In this document: positions 13,021-26,447 of the stretch, in pieces
How positions within the stretch are numbered: position 1 is the first letter of the stretch
How the letters are laid out: every line of letters starts with the position of its first letter
Origin: Octopus sinensis
Taxonomy: Eukaryota
DNA: 64,000 nucleotides
Assembly: GCF_006345805.1 (NCBI RefSeq)
Contig: NC_042999.1
Coordinates: forward strand, 37,138,001-37,202,000
Direction of reading: 5' to 3'
Translations under genes and position numbers: made by a program
Notes under the pieces: generated by a model
Database searches by the model: none
Seen by the model: the letters and a program-made list of their open reading frames with translations, nothing else
Told to the model about the DNA's origin: nothing

Positions 13021-13669
13021 TGAATTAGACATTCTGTCCAATGCTCTATCGACTTTACCATCATTAGTGACGTCTGCAAGAACTGCTGGGAGTGGAGGGC
13101 ACCCAAATTATAGATAGCTCATTCAGTCTTCTGCTATAAGAAATTCTAAAAACTGTGGTGTTAGTGGTGTTATGGGTTGTGATGAGCTATGTGGTGTTGA
13201 TGGAGTGGATTGTAGATGAGGTAGACGGAAGTTAAGACTGCAGGGGCCTGTGGTACAGTCACGGGGCATGCGTGGGCAAGAAGCACGTGTGGTCAGTTCG
13301 AGCAGAGACGGCAGCGAGCAAAGACGTGTTTATTTCTTGAAAGTGATCGCTCATTCCGCCGAAGTCAACAGGTAAGGCCTTTTGTATTTCTTTCTCCCGT
13401 TTGCTTCTTTTTCTGTTGTCCTTTTCTTCCACCACACTAAAAAAAACTAAAAAGAATCACCTTACCTTCCAGCCTTCTAAAGCGTTACACCTGCATGCTT
13501 GCATTCAAGAGACTAAAGAAATAAAAGGTTAAAAAAATAACAATATATTAGCCATGGATGTATTCAACTTCAACTATTCGACAACACCATCAAGTGTGCA
13601 GAACACTAGAGCATTACTTGAAAAGATAGCGGACCTTGATAGATAAATGCGATGAATGGTATACGCCTA

Positions 13670-13904
13670 AAACGCGGTGAGTTGGCAGAAATGTTGGCGT
13701 GCCGAGTGAAATGCTTAGCGGTATTTCATCTGCCGCTACGTTCTGAGTTCAAATTCCGTCAAGGTCGACTTTGCCTTTCATCCTTTCGGGGGTCGATTAA
13801 ATAAGTACCAGTTGCGTACTGGGGTTGATATAATCGACTTAATCCGTTTGTCTGTCCTTGTTTGTCCTCTCTGTGTTTAGCCCCTTGTGGGTAATAAAGA
13901 AATA
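13670..13904 (+). mobile_element. SINE family D, full length
   Basis: tRNA-like head with B box gagttcaaattcc, central gcctttcatcctttcggggtcga block (Nin-domain-like, from memory). 12-bp TSD ggtatacgccta at 13658-13669 and 13905-13916. Confidence 0.9.
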
Positions 13905-14242
13905 GGTATACGCCTATGACTCTACTTGCGTCTAACGAACGCTTCGATATAAATTCGTGAAGATTTTGTATCGTCAAATGAATTTACCCCTGTAAATAGA
14001 ATACTTGCTGGTAAATTTACTGCTTATACTGTCCTCCAGCTCCACTCTATCTAAATAGACAACTGCGAAACATTCTCTCCAACTCTCTAACAACTGTCAC
14101 TTTGCCGCAGACATTAATAAACACAGAAAGTTCAGAAAACATTTGTTATTCTCAGAAAAGAAACACACACACACACACACAAACATATACGTACACACAC
14201 ACACACATATACGTACACACACACATATACGTACACACATAT

Positions 14243-14282
<40 letters not shown>

Positions 14283-14423
14283 CATCGAAGTGGATGATTG
14301 ATTATACAAGTGGCTTCTAAATAACTGCGTTATTCGAAATTAAATGACAGCAAAGTTCGTTCCAGCTTAGAACAACATAAATACATCGCAGTTAGATATT
14401 GATTATAATTGATTATAGTAGAG

Positions 14424-14526
<103 letters not shown>

Positions 14527-14572
14527 GGAGAGAGATACCTGCTGAGCGTGACGCCTTTATCACGATCAGTAA

Positions 14573-14947
14573 TCTCTCTCTATATAAACGGCAGTTTGTC
14601 TGTGTGCGTGTCTGTGTGTCTGTTGGGTTGTACCCTCACCCTGACCACGGCTTTCAACCGATTCTGATGAAACTTGACACACACATAGCCCAATGTCATA
14701 ATTCAAAACTAACGCAGCGAAAATTTTGAAAAGTTCCCCCAGTTCTGAAAAAAAATCGATAAATTCGACATGGGGTCGAGAATCAGGAACACAAACAGCA
14801 AACTGTCTAGGGGACGCAACTCGACCTTTTTAACTCTAAAAAAAATTTACCTTAATCTTTTTGCTATTTTTTTGGCTATAACTCTCTAAAAATGCTTATA
14901 TAGTTATTTCCCTTACAAACCCGAGCAACGCCGGGCGATACTGCTAG
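14573..14947 (+). mobile_element. Non-autonomous Helitron
   Basis: A|TC...CTAG|T boundaries, subterminal hairpin cccgagcaacgccggg, no TSD. Confidence 0.85.
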
Positions 14948-15038
14948 TTATAAATATAATTTTATGTTTAGCTTAATAAACCTTTTAGCCCAGGCGGCTC
15001 GAGTTCGATTCCCGGCATAAAAGCGTGTTATTTTTAAT

Positions 15039-15490
15039 AGGCGCAAGTTTACTCCCCAGTAACATAGTTCCGGGTTCAGTCCTACTGCATAGGACATTGA
15101 GCAAGTGTCTTCTACTATTCCTCGGGCTGACCAAAGCCTGGTGAACTGGTGAATAGATTTGGGGGACGGAAACTGAAATATGCCTGTCGCGCGCGCGCGC
15201 ACACACACATGTGTGTATATATATGTATATATGTATATATACTTATATGCGTGCATGCATGCATGTATGTATGTATGTATGTATGTATGTATGTATGTAT
15301 GTATGTATGTATGCATGTATGTATGTATGTATGTATGTATGTATGTATGTATGTATGTATGTATGTATGTGTGTGTGTGTCTGTGTGTGTCTTTGTGTCT
15401 GTCTCCTACCACTGTTTTACAACCGGTGTTCGTGTGTTTACGTCCTCGTAACTTATCTGTTTAGCAAAAGAATACAGATAAATAATGTCA
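15039..15490 (+). mobile_element. Diverged SINE family A with expanded (TATG)n
   Basis: Head and body similar to the A copies. Confidence 0.7.
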
Positions 15491-15791
15491 GGCATCAAGT
15501 TGACTCAGTAAATGAAACGGTACGCCGTAGTCGTTGCCTTAAAAACGCAGCCTAGTGATACAGAGGTAGCTCGCTTCCTGAAGATTGTCCGATCCTTCGT
15601 TTTCAAAGTTCGAAGGGAGTTGGAAGATGCCGACGGGGATCCGAAATCAGTAGCTCAACACAAAACGCGTACATAGTGTTCCGATACCATGAGAAGACAT
15701 AACTGTGCATAAAAGTCTAAGAAACAATCGACAGAATCCCCGGAAGTCAATCAAAGCCATCGCAAAGGATCTCAAAGTTTCAGAATGTACC

Positions 15792-16214
15792 TATTTCTTT
15801 ACTACCCACAAGGGGCTAAACATAGTGGGGACAAACAAGTACAGACAAACGGATTAAGTGGATTGCATCGACCCCAGTGCGTCACTGGTACTTAATTTAT
15901 CGACCCTGAAAGGATGAAAGGCAAAGTCGACTTCGGCGGAATTTGAACTCAGAACGTAACAGCAGACGAAATACATATTTCTTTATTACCCACAAGGGGC
16001 TAAACATAGAGGGGACAAACAAGGACAGACATAGGTATTAAGTCGATTACATCGACCCCAGTGCGTAACTGGTACTTAATTTATCGACCCCGAAAGGATG
16101 AAAGGCAAAGTCGACCTCGGCGGAATTTGAACTCAGAACGTAGCGACAGACGAAACACCGCTGAGCATTTCGCCCTGCATGCTAACGTTTCTGCCAGCTC
16201 GCCGCCTAGCTAAT
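15792..16214 (-). mobile_element. SINE family D with duplicated body
   Basis: 15-bp TSD gtttcagaatgtacc at 15777-15791 and 16215-16229; two tandem body units under one head. Confidence 0.9.
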
Positions 16215-16662
16215 GTTTCAGAATGTACCATCAGAAGAGTTGTGAATAAGAACACTCAGTACAAGTAGTATGTGATGCGGATGTAACAAGGGAGAATCTT
16301 TCAATCCGTGCAAATTCCTTGCCATACAAGTTAAAGCACGAAGAGGCTGGAATGCTTTGATTTTCCTCGGAAGAGAAAAAAAACTTCGATTGACTCCAAA
16401 AAGTAAAAGGGAAGGAACAACTGATAGTTACGAAGAGACCAGAATGAGGTTCCAACGGTCATGCGCACTAAGTTCTTAGCTACTGGTATGGTTCTGGGAG
16501 TCGTTAACAACGCGGGAGATGTCATGCCTCCTCAGGTTCTTCACAGTGCTTAAGAGGCAATGCCGCTGTCCACACAGAGATGTTGGAGAATGTGAGACGC
16601 CGGAAAGAAGAGTAAGCAACGAAAGACGGTAGGTCTACCAGCAAGACTCTGTATCATCTCAT

Positions 16663-17055
16663 GGAATGGAAGCACTCCGTCAGTTACGACGATGAGGGTT
16701 CCGGTTGATCCGAATCAACGGAACAGCCTGCTCGTGAAATTAACGTGTAAGTGGCTGAGCACTCCACAGACACGTGCACCCTTAACGTAGTTCTCGGGGA
16801 TATTCAGCGTGACACAGAGAGTGACAAGGCCGGCCCCTTGAAATACAGGTACAACAGAAACAGGAAGTAAGAGTGGAGTGAGAGAAAGTTGAGGCGAAAG
16901 AGTACAACAGGGGTCGCCACCACCCCCTGCCGGAGCATCGTGGAGCTTTAGGTGTTTTCGCTCAATAAACACACACAACACCCGGTCTGGGAATCGAAAC
17001 CGCGATCCTCCGACCGCGAGTCCGCTGCCCTAACCACTGGGCCATTGCGCCTCCA
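16663..17055 (-). mobile_element. tRNA-derived SINE family B
   Basis: Head tggcccagtggttagg...ggtttcgattccc, (TTCCA)n tail, 14-bp TSD ctgtatcatctcat at 16649-16662 and 17056-17069. Confidence 0.9.
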
Positions 17056-17483
17056 CTGTATCATCTCATAAGGCTAGGACAACCCAAGCGTGGAGGCGTG
17101 CCAATCTTCATGATCATATTCTTCCAGACACATGGCTTCCTAGCTCACCAGACATCAATCCACTGGAATATTATGTATCGGGCGTAGTCGAGAGAGAAGT
17201 CAATCAGCACGCCCATAACATCATACAATCTCTCAAGACCGCCATAACCAGCCAAATATCCAAAATTGATAAAAATCGTCTGATTCAGGCATGTCAACGC
17301 TTCGGATCCCGTTTTGAAGCAGCCATTAATGCTAACGGTGGATTGGATTCGTTGAATGTGTGATAAAAGGCTTCTCAAGATTACTTGTATCAGTTTGTTT
17401 TCAAATACAGCTTTTCTTTGATGAGCTATGAGTCTTTTTCTAAATTCATACAAGTAAACCAAAAAAAAAACTGACACACTCTG

Positions 17484-17519
<36 letters not shown>

Positions 17520-17555
17520 TGTATGTATGTATGTATGTATGTATGTGTATATATA

Positions 17556-17850
17556 TAGGGTGGCCCAAATGTAGGTTTACAGTTAACACGTAGGCACTTT
17601 AAATTTCTTTTAAAACATTTTACTACATTTAAATTTCTATCTTACAATTATATTGTTTAAGCACATCTTAAACAGACAATGTTTAATCTCTCAGATGCTC
17701 AAAATATCTTCCTTCAGCATTGCAACATTCTTCAAACCCCTGCAGAACACTCTGACACAGTGCGGCACAAATTCTGATCTCCATCTATTTCAGTGAATGT
17801 GTCAGAAATGTAATCTTTGAATTCATTTAGTGTTTTGAGATTCTTTTCAA
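17556..17850 (-). mobile_element. Tc1/mariner 3' end fragment
   Basis: TIR-like tagggtggcccaaatgtaggtttaca next to TA repeats; minus-strand transposase C-terminus (..GRYFEHL). Confidence 0.55.
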
Positions 17851-18306
17851 TTGCGCTGGGCTGTCTATGTCGTCAGAACGAGTGACGAAAGAATACCCAA
17901 AGTCCTCATGTACAGCCAGCTTGATAGTGGGCACAGGAATGTTGGTCGACCATGGCTCAGATATAAGGACAAGCTGAAGAGTAACTTCTTAGCTGTGTGG
18001 ATAGCTCACAACACCTTTGAGCGAACAGCCTTGGAGCGAAGAAAATGGAGATCGTTGCATCAAAACAGTATTAGAAACTTTGCTGCAACCAGCATTAACA
18101 GGCTTCGGGGTACAAGGCCAAGGAGAAAAGCGGTTGAAAATATACCACATGCACTGACCTGTAATCCTCATACTTGTAGTATTTGTGGCCTTCTTTACAA
18201 AACGTTGGCGGGGCTTAAATGTCACATTCGACATAAGCATTGCGACTGACAAGGAAAGAGTAGGTTGTCGGATCCTCATACGTCAAAACCGATGGGAGAG
18301 TCCAGT
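17851..18306 (+). mobile_element. RTE-clade LINE 3' end (5'-truncated) followed by (CA)n
   Basis: LRWAVYVVRTSDERIPKVLMYSQL..GHRNVGRPWLRYKD matches the RTE post-RT domain, followed by a C2H2 finger CSIC...HIRHKH. (CA)n at ~18307-18440. Confidence 0.85.
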
Positions 18307-18328
18307 ACACCACACACACCCACACACA

Positions 18329-18446
<118 letters not shown>

Positions 18447-18635
18447 AAGATGAGAATTTATGTTTAGATAGGAGACTTTAAAATGTAGTATGCAAACCTT
18501 GTTTTGGGTAAGTCTCTAGTAGTGTGCTTTGAGAGCGCGTTCACCACTTACGGCTACCAGGCGTCATCTGCGGTTCTGCACTTTAGTTGTTGGATCTACA
18601 TAAGGAATTTTTAGGTGCACGTTTAATACATTTTA

Positions 18636-18666
<31 letters not shown>

Positions 18667-18671
18667 TGTAT

Positions 18672-18854
18672 AGGCGTAGGAGTGGGTGTGTGTTAAATAG
18701 CTTGCTTACCAACCACATGGCTCTGGGTTCAGTCCCACTGCGTGGCACCTTGGGCAAATGTCTTCTACTATAGCCTCGGGCGACCAAAGCCTTGTGAGTG
18801 GATTTGGTAGACGGAAACTGAAAGAAGCCCGGCGTATATATGTATGTATATATA

Positions 18855-18903
<49 letters not shown>

Positions 18904-19161
18904 TATATACTTATATATGTGTGTGTGTGTATGTGTGTGTGTGTTTGTGTGTGTGTGTGTTTGTGTGTCTGTGTTTGTCCCCCCGCAACATCGCTTGACA
19001 ACCGATGCTGGTGTGTTTACGTCCCAGTAACTTAGCGGTTCGGCAAAATAGACCGATAGAATAAGTACTAGGCTTACAAAGAATAAGTCCTGGGGTCGAT
19101 TTGCTCGACTAAAGGCGGTGCTCCAGCATGGCGACAGTCAAATGACAAACAAGTAAGAGAG
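18672..19161 (+). mobile_element. SINE family A
   Basis: Full length. Confidence 0.85.
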
Positions 19162-19702
19162 TATGTGTGTATGTATAAAGCTATGAAATAAGCAATGAAA
19201 TAAGCAATGAAATAAGCATTGATAACAGCACGGAAACACTCGTTAAATGTACTGCCTTTATCACGGTCAAGAATCGCGAAAATAATTTTGCGCTCAGCCC
19301 TCAAAATTAATAAATCCTGGTGAACCTGAGATCAGTCATAAAGCAATTCTAAACTTATTTATATCAACATGATCATAAGATAGCTACACGCCTCGCCCAG
19401 TGGAGTAGCCTTCGAGAAGTGTTTTCTTGGTTTCAGAATGCAAGAAATAAAAGCAATGAAATGGTCATTTGATTGGACATCGTGGACTTTTACCTACCGC
19501 GGAGAATGACCAGTGACACTCTCTGCAGCAACCACTCCACCTCGCAGGGCTCATTTCTCTGACGGGCCGCAGTTGTACCGATTAGAAAATGTCCCGCGAA
19601 ATTTTTTTAGTAAAATTAGGAACATTTTTCGTTAACTTTTAGTATTGTTTTCTAGATCTGAGATAAATAAAAACAAAATCTGCCAACATCTTGTGCAACT
19701 GT

Positions 19703-20104
19703 GTGGAAGCACTCTCTCTCTTAGCACTCCGTCGGTTACGACGATGAGGGTTCCGGTTGATCCGAATCAACGGAACAGCCTGCTCATGAAATTAACGTGT
19801 AAGTGGCTGAGCACTCCACAGACACGTGCACCCTTAACGTAGTTCTCGGGGATATTCAGCGTGACACAGAGAGTGACAAGGCCGGCCCCTTGAAATACAG
19901 GTACAACAGAAACAGGAAGTAAGAGTGAGAGAAAGTTGTGGTGAAAGAGTACAGCAGGGATCACCACCATCCCCTGCCGGAGCCTCGTGGAGCTTTTAGG
20001 TGTTTTCGCTCAATAAACACTCACAACGCCAGGTCTGGGAATCGAAACCGCGATCCTATGACCGCGAGTCCGCTGCCCTAACCACTGGGCCATTGCGCCT
20101 CCAC
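19703..20104 (-). mobile_element. SINE family B
   Basis: 11-bp TSD tgtgcaactgt at 19692-19702 and 20105-20115. Confidence 0.9.
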
Positions 20105-21177
20105 TGTGCAACTGTACACTTACGTTGACAAACTCTACAATAGATGCACTTCTCCTCATTGTCATCATCATCATCATCATTATCATGGACAGTGACACGT
20201 GATATGTTTTTGCTCAGCTTTTCTTAATTTCTATCATATTTCAAAATCTGTTCCAAGGCTATGACCTAGGCAAATATTTCTTTCTTGACATCTAGTCACA
20301 TGCAAAAATTGTGTATTCAGCTTGAATTCCTTAATATAAAGGGCGTCGTCAAATTAAAATGCTTTTAACCAACATCTGTTAGATGAATGACGAAGTGTGA
20401 ACACACAACAGAATATGACGGAAAAGATGAACTCATATCGCTGATACTATGAGAAACATCTCTCTTTCTGTGTGTGTGTGAGTATGCGTGTGAGTGTGTA
20501 TGTGTGTGTGAGAGAGAATGTGTGTCTATCTCTCTGTCTGTCTATCTATCTATCTATTTTTAATTTTTAAAAAATTTTTTATTATTTTTTTAAATTAAAA
20601 AAAAATTTTTTTGTTCTTTTCTTCCCTTTTACGATCCCTCTTGATCGAAAACCTACGCTACCCCTTTTTTTTGTTTCTTTTGTTTTTTGTTTTTTTCATC
20701 CCCCAAAAGAAAAGCTCTACCTTGTAACTTGTCCCATCTGTGTGCAGCCCTGTGTGGCCAATAAAGAAACTTATCTATCAATCTACCTATCTATCTATAT
20801 AAAGGACACAGAATTTTAGTAGTTATCGATGTTTGTGTGGAAAAATTCCCAGCAAAACTCACCCATATGCCCCCCCCCCACCACCACACACACACCAAAT
20901 GAAAGGTGAGCTGGGAATCCAGTGTTTTTTCCCCCAGTCGGCACTCCGGTGAATATCAGCTAAAAGAATGTTTAGAAAAGAACATCATTTCAATAGAATC
21001 AAGTGTTTCACACTAACTGAAAATCCGGAACGTTCCCTGCAACAGATACAGGTCCTATACATTAAATTCCATTCAGAGATCTGAGATTATAGTTGAAGGT
21101 ATCTATTCCAGGTTCTGCGCAAAGGGACTGAAACCGAAACCGAAACCATGTTGCGAAACGGAATTGTTTACTACACA

Positions 21178-21389
21178 CAGTGGCGTAGTTAGAGTGTGTG
21201 CCATTCGAAGCAGTCCTCGAGTTTGCCGCCCCGTTCCGCGGTAAACATCGTATACAAGCTTAAACAGCGGACTCGAAAATGCCGCTCCAATAAAAGCGTC
21301 GTCCGGATAGGGTCACTCCCCGCCCTCCGCTCCCCTCACCCATCATTCGGCGCTCCACCCGCTCTGCCTTCGCCCTTGCTGTTCTACTG
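21178..21389. mobile_element. hAT-like MITE
   Basis: CAGTGGCGTAG...CTACTG ends, near-perfect 8-bp TSD actacaca/attacaca, GC-rich interior; interrupts a SINE A relic. Confidence 0.5.
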
Positions 21390-21645
21390 ATTACACAGCT
21401 ATACTCATGAACAGAATTACTCTGTAGGTCACAGATAACGATTCTGATCTTATTTGATAAATAAACAACGTCTGAGTGCAGTCTATTATACAGAACTTCT
21501 TTGTCGAGTTTGGGCCTTCATGAAAGACAAGATTGCTGGCTACGTCGAATTATTCATTTACATAGAATTGAATTATTAACAGTTTAATTTTTATTTTCTA
21601 CAACCATGTATGCGATGTATAATTTTATGCTTCTGTATAAAATAT

Positions 21646-22060
21646 AGGCGCAGGAGTGGCTGTGTGGTAAGTAGCTTGCTAACCAACCACATGGTTCCGG
21701 GTTCAGTCCCACTGCGTGGCATCTTGGGCAAGTGTCTTCTGCTATAGCCCCGGGCCGACCAACGCCTTGTGAGTGGATTTGGTAGACGGAAACTGAAAGA
21801 AGCCTGTCGTATATATGTATATATATATAAGTGTGTGTGTATATGTTTGTGTGTCTGTGTTTATCCCCCTAGCATCATTGCTTGACAACCGATGGCTGGT
21901 GTGTTTACGTCCCCGTCACTTAGCGGTTCGGCAAAAGAGACCGATAGAATAAGTACTGGACTTACAAAGAATAAGTCCCGGGGTCGATTTGTTCGACTAA
22001 AGGCGATGCTCCAGCATGACCGCAGTCAAATGACTGAAACAAGTAAAGAGTAAAGAGTAA
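21646..22060 (+). mobile_element. SINE family A (young subfamily)
   Basis: Full length with (GTAAAGA)n tail. Confidence 0.9.
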
Positions 22061-22299
22061 ATATATTTTGTAAGCCAAGAATCTTTACATAGTCACTCTT
22101 ACTTTAGCCCCACGTTCTCAGTGAAGCTTAGGCCATCAATAACTTTTCTCCACTGCTGTCGACTCGGTTGTCTTTTTTGTTTCTCTCCAGTTGAATCCCT
22201 GTTTTTCAGATCTGCCTCAGTGTTCTGCCTTATTGATTTCACTGTTGTGAGGCCCTCCACTCCTAGGATTTATCGGTTTCGAATTACACACACACTTTT

Positions 22300-22521
22300 T
22301 TACTATTTTACTTGATTTAGTCATTTGACTGCGGTCATGCTGGATCACCGCCTTTTACTTGAATAAATCGACTTCAGGACTTATTCTATCGGTCTCTATT
22401 TCCGAACCGCTAAACCACGGGGACGTAAACACACCAACATCAGTTGTCAAGGGATGGTGGAGGGGAACAAACACAGACACACAAATACATACATACATAC
22501 ATACATACATACATACATACA

Positions 22522-22555
<34 letters not shown>

Positions 22556-22720
22556 CAAAGATCGGACTTCTTTCAGTTTTCGTATACCAAATCCACTCAC
22601 AAAGCTTTGGTCGGTCTGAGGCTATAGTACAAGACGCTTTCCCAAAGTACCACGCAGTGGGACTGAGCCCGGGACCAAGTGGTTTGGAAGCAAGCTTCAT
22701 ACCACACAACCACTCCTGCG

Positions 22721-22723
<3 letters not shown>
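22300..22723 (-). mobile_element. SINE family A
   Basis: Full length, diverged. Confidence 0.8.
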
Positions 22724-22765
<42 letters not shown>

Positions 22766-22839
22766 CACAGACACACGCATATATATATATATTTATATAT
22801 ATAAATATATGTGTATACACACACACACATACACACACA

Positions 22840-23391
22840 TATATATACATAAAGCAGAGTGTGTATGTGTGTGCGTGTGTGTGTTTGTGCGGCTATTCCC
22901 TATGGATTCGAAAACTGAGTTGCCGATTTTGACGTATAAGGTATCAAAAGATTCAGTAATCTTTAGGCTACCAAATAAAGTATGTTTTTTGTACAACTCT
23001 TTTTTACTTTAAAAATAACCTCGCAAACGAGATCGGGTCGCACAATTTTGAGGTCTTTAGTTAAGAGGGGCTGCTCTGCCTGAACAATCTTTATGTCTTA
23101 GATAGGGCATAACGAGAAAATGTTTAAGATACATAGAGCTTTACCAGGAAATGAAACTTCGAAGATATACTGTCAACTTTATTAGTATTATTTAGTAGAT
23201 AATCTTTTAATCTGAAGTATGCGTGTCTGTGTTTTGTTTAGCCCAGAGTTGCCTCTGATGTAGGAAACCCATCGCATAGTTTTTTTCTTCTTCCTGAAAT
23301 ACTGTAATTATGTGTCTTTCTTTTGATGAAAGGGGATGTTTTAAGAGAGATTTGATTGTATTTGTAGTAGCTCAAGTTACCACAGAGACAC

Positions 23392-23434
<43 letters not shown>

Positions 23435-24210
23435 GTGTGTGTGTGTTGTTGTGGTGAAGAAAGTATTTTTTCTCAGAATATTTTGCACAATAATCTTTAA
23501 AGAAATCTGGACATCTTTCTTACTGCTAACCAGTCAACTTCAAATTACAATTGTTAATTGTTGGAAGTCAAATAGGCTGAGATGTTCATATAATGTATAG
23601 AGTGGAAGTCCAATACGAAGTTTTGAACTCATTATCTTCTGGTTAGTAATCTATTACCTTAAATTTGTAACTATTAAGTCTTTAAACATTATTTTACAGA
23701 GTTTAAGTCTTTCGACTGTCGCCATGATGAAGGTATCACTTCAAAAATTTAATCATACTGATCTCAGTACGTATTTCAATCTGGCATTTATTTTAACGAT
23801 CTCTGCTCGATGAACTTCTAAGTTTGAAACATAGTGGGACAATACTCGATTTAACAACAAATACACACACCACACACCACACACACATGCACGCGCGCAC
23901 ACACACACATTAGGTGCAAGAATGACTGTGGTTGAGAAGTTTACTTCCCAACCACTTGGTTCCACGTTCAGTCCGTCTGATTGGTACCTGAGGTATGTGT
24001 TTTCTACTATCGCCCTATATAGACTTGTGACTGAATTTTGCTAGACGGAAACTGCAGCGTTGTTCACATGAAAATGACCGAAAGACATGGTTATAAGGAA
24101 TTATTTGCTTCATACCCCTCGTGTACCGATTGTGCCCATAAGAAAGGAACAAGTAATACAATGTAGCTGTAGGGTCATAACACCCGGGCAACGTCGGGGT
24201 GCATTGCTAG
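22840..24210 (+). mobile_element. Helitron-like non-autonomous element (the two ends may not belong to one copy)
   Basis: The 5' block gagttgccgattttgacgta..ggtatcaaaagattc recurs inverted at 28780-28924. 3' hairpin cccgggcaacgtcggg followed by CTAG|T at 24210. Confidence 0.5.
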
Positions 24211-24227
24211 TGTGTGTGTGTGTGTGT

Positions 24228-24260
<33 letters not shown>

Positions 24261-24264
24261 ATAT

Positions 24265-24522
24265 ATAATATGGGTGGCTAATTCCTAATTTTACAGCTTA
24301 AACAGAGAAATGTATTCATCATTAAGTGAACAAGGGCACTAACCAGCATCAGTATTGCTAGAAATAAGAGTCAAAACAACTCAATAGCCACAAATAGCAC
24401 TATCTTAATGAGCTGACAAGGGAGACGACAAGTCCCCTACGGTCGCAGATAGAGTTACATCACCATGATTTTGCATATATATTATTATATATAATGTAAT
24501 ATATATATATAATATATATATA

Positions 24523-24576
<54 letters not shown>

Positions 24577-25695
24577 CGGCATTCAATTTTAGTTGTACGA
24601 GAGAAATTGATTGGTAAACAATGTTATGATATGTCGGTGGAGGCAGTGGTAATGATAATAATTTGTGATTATAATTGTTTACTATAGGATGTGAAAGATG
24701 GACAGTGCATGATGTTTTAAGTAAGTATTTATTTACCGTTACGTTACAAATACCTTGCCTCGACGGGTAGGCTATGATAAATCCAAAAGCATGCGAAGTA
24801 AAGTTTGTGTTTGTGTCCTCTCCATTGTTTAGTAGTAAGTACAGAGAGAGATAGAATGATGTTGTAAGAGAACAGAATTGGAGCTAGTGAGAATTGTAAG
24901 GTGTTGTCTCACAGCTGCTTTCTCCCTCTGACCAAGGTTCTAGCTGGTCAGCCAGACTTCGTTGCGTCTTCATCGACTGTGAGGAACTGATTTTTGCTTG
25001 GTATGTGCTGGCTTATATAACTATCCAGAAGGATAGATATATCATTAAAAACAATAGATTTAGTTGGTGGTCTTGTTATCTCCACTCTAGCTTTTGGTGA
25101 AGTAGAAAAGGTTAGAAAGGGTCAAGTGGTGAAGACATTAATTCGGCCTAGCTAAAGGCATCTGGAAAATATAAAACTGCTGTCAGAGAAAAACCATTGT
25201 TCCACCATGGGAACAGTTCTGTTGCAGGGTTAATTTAAATTTGGCTATGGTGGATCGAATCCATTTCATGCATGCAAGATTCACTACATATATATTTACT
25301 GGTGCAGATTAGTGTCCCTGTTCACTTTAGTGACGTATATATTTCTGTTTTCAGGTTGTAAAATTGCGAATTAGCCACCCATATTATTTATAATTCTAAT
25401 ACTACCGTTTATGAAATCAGTATATGATTTCAACGGAGATCTTATGAGCTGACAAGGCGACAAGGCAGGATGAGTTTATCCCTCGGTGCGGTGAGAGCTA
25501 CTGATGAGCATTAAGGTGCGTTAAGCACCAGAATGTGAAATCATCGGTGATCTAGTTCTATCTGTGACCGTAAGGGGGCTTGTCTCTCTTGTCAGCAGCT
25601 CATTAAGATAGTGCTTTTTGTGGCTATTGAGCAGTTTTGACTTTTATTTCTAGCAATACTGGTGCTGGTAAGTGCCCTTGCTCACTTTAGTGACG
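24265..25695. repeat. Diverged inverted/tandem repeat copies (Penelope pLTR-like arrangement)
   Basis: 24265-24475 is the reverse complement of 25300-25388 and 25535-25695. Confidence 0.6.
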
Positions 25696-25700
25696 CACAC

Positions 25701-25773
<73 letters not shown>

Positions 25774-25969
25774 GCAAATTTTCTGGCAAGGATGGAGTAT
25801 TTCTCTTTGCAAACAAGTATATTACAGGTTTTCGAGCCAATGTTGTGTCTTACTTTGCATTAGTAGTCCGATATTCTCACTTTTAAGTTTATCTCTATAG
25901 ATTTCCTATAGTATTGAGACTCAGCACTTCAAGTTACGACGTTTCTTTACACACACACACACACACACA

Positions 25970-26022
<53 letters not shown>

Positions 26023-26057
26023 ACACACACATATATATACACGTTTCTTTACATATA

Positions 26058-26103
<46 letters not shown>

Positions 26104-26287
26104 CAATTTTTTTTCCTCTGTCCTCCCACCTCGGGATCTTTCTTTCTCCTATGTTTCCGACGAAGAGCTCCGCTCGAAACGTCATACCCTCCTTCTTCCC
26201 TTCTTTCCTGAGCGTCCAATATACTTTATTTGTTCCACATCCTCGCGTTGTTGTCTTTTTGTTTTCGTTTCGATTAACTTTATATAT

Positions 26288-26320
<33 letters not shown>

Positions 26321-26321
<1 letters not shown>

Positions 26322-26447
26322 GTATAGGGAAGAATGGAGCTGAACGAAGATTTAACAAAATTCCTTTATTTTATTTTCGACATATTTTCGAAAATAAAAT
26401 AAAGGAATTTTGTTAAATCTTCGTTCAGCTTCATTCTTCCCTATACT
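26321..26447. repeat. Near-perfect hairpin, 60-bp arms and 7-nt loop
   Basis: 26321-26380 versus 26388-26447, one mismatch. Confidence 0.9.

Larger units (their letters stand above)
15520..17483 (+). mobile_element. Tc1/mariner maT (DD37D-like) transposon fossil carrying two SINE insertions
   Basis: After removing the inserts it reads VYQQDSVSSHKARTTQAW...WLPSSPDINPLEYYV (37-residue spacing). Right end ctgacacactctg|ta. Left end uncertain. Confidence 0.75.

Noticed and set aside
19176-19222. Short tandem repeat (gcaatgaaataa)n as a CRISPR-like array
   Set aside because: 12-bp units without spacers, in eukaryotic DNA.
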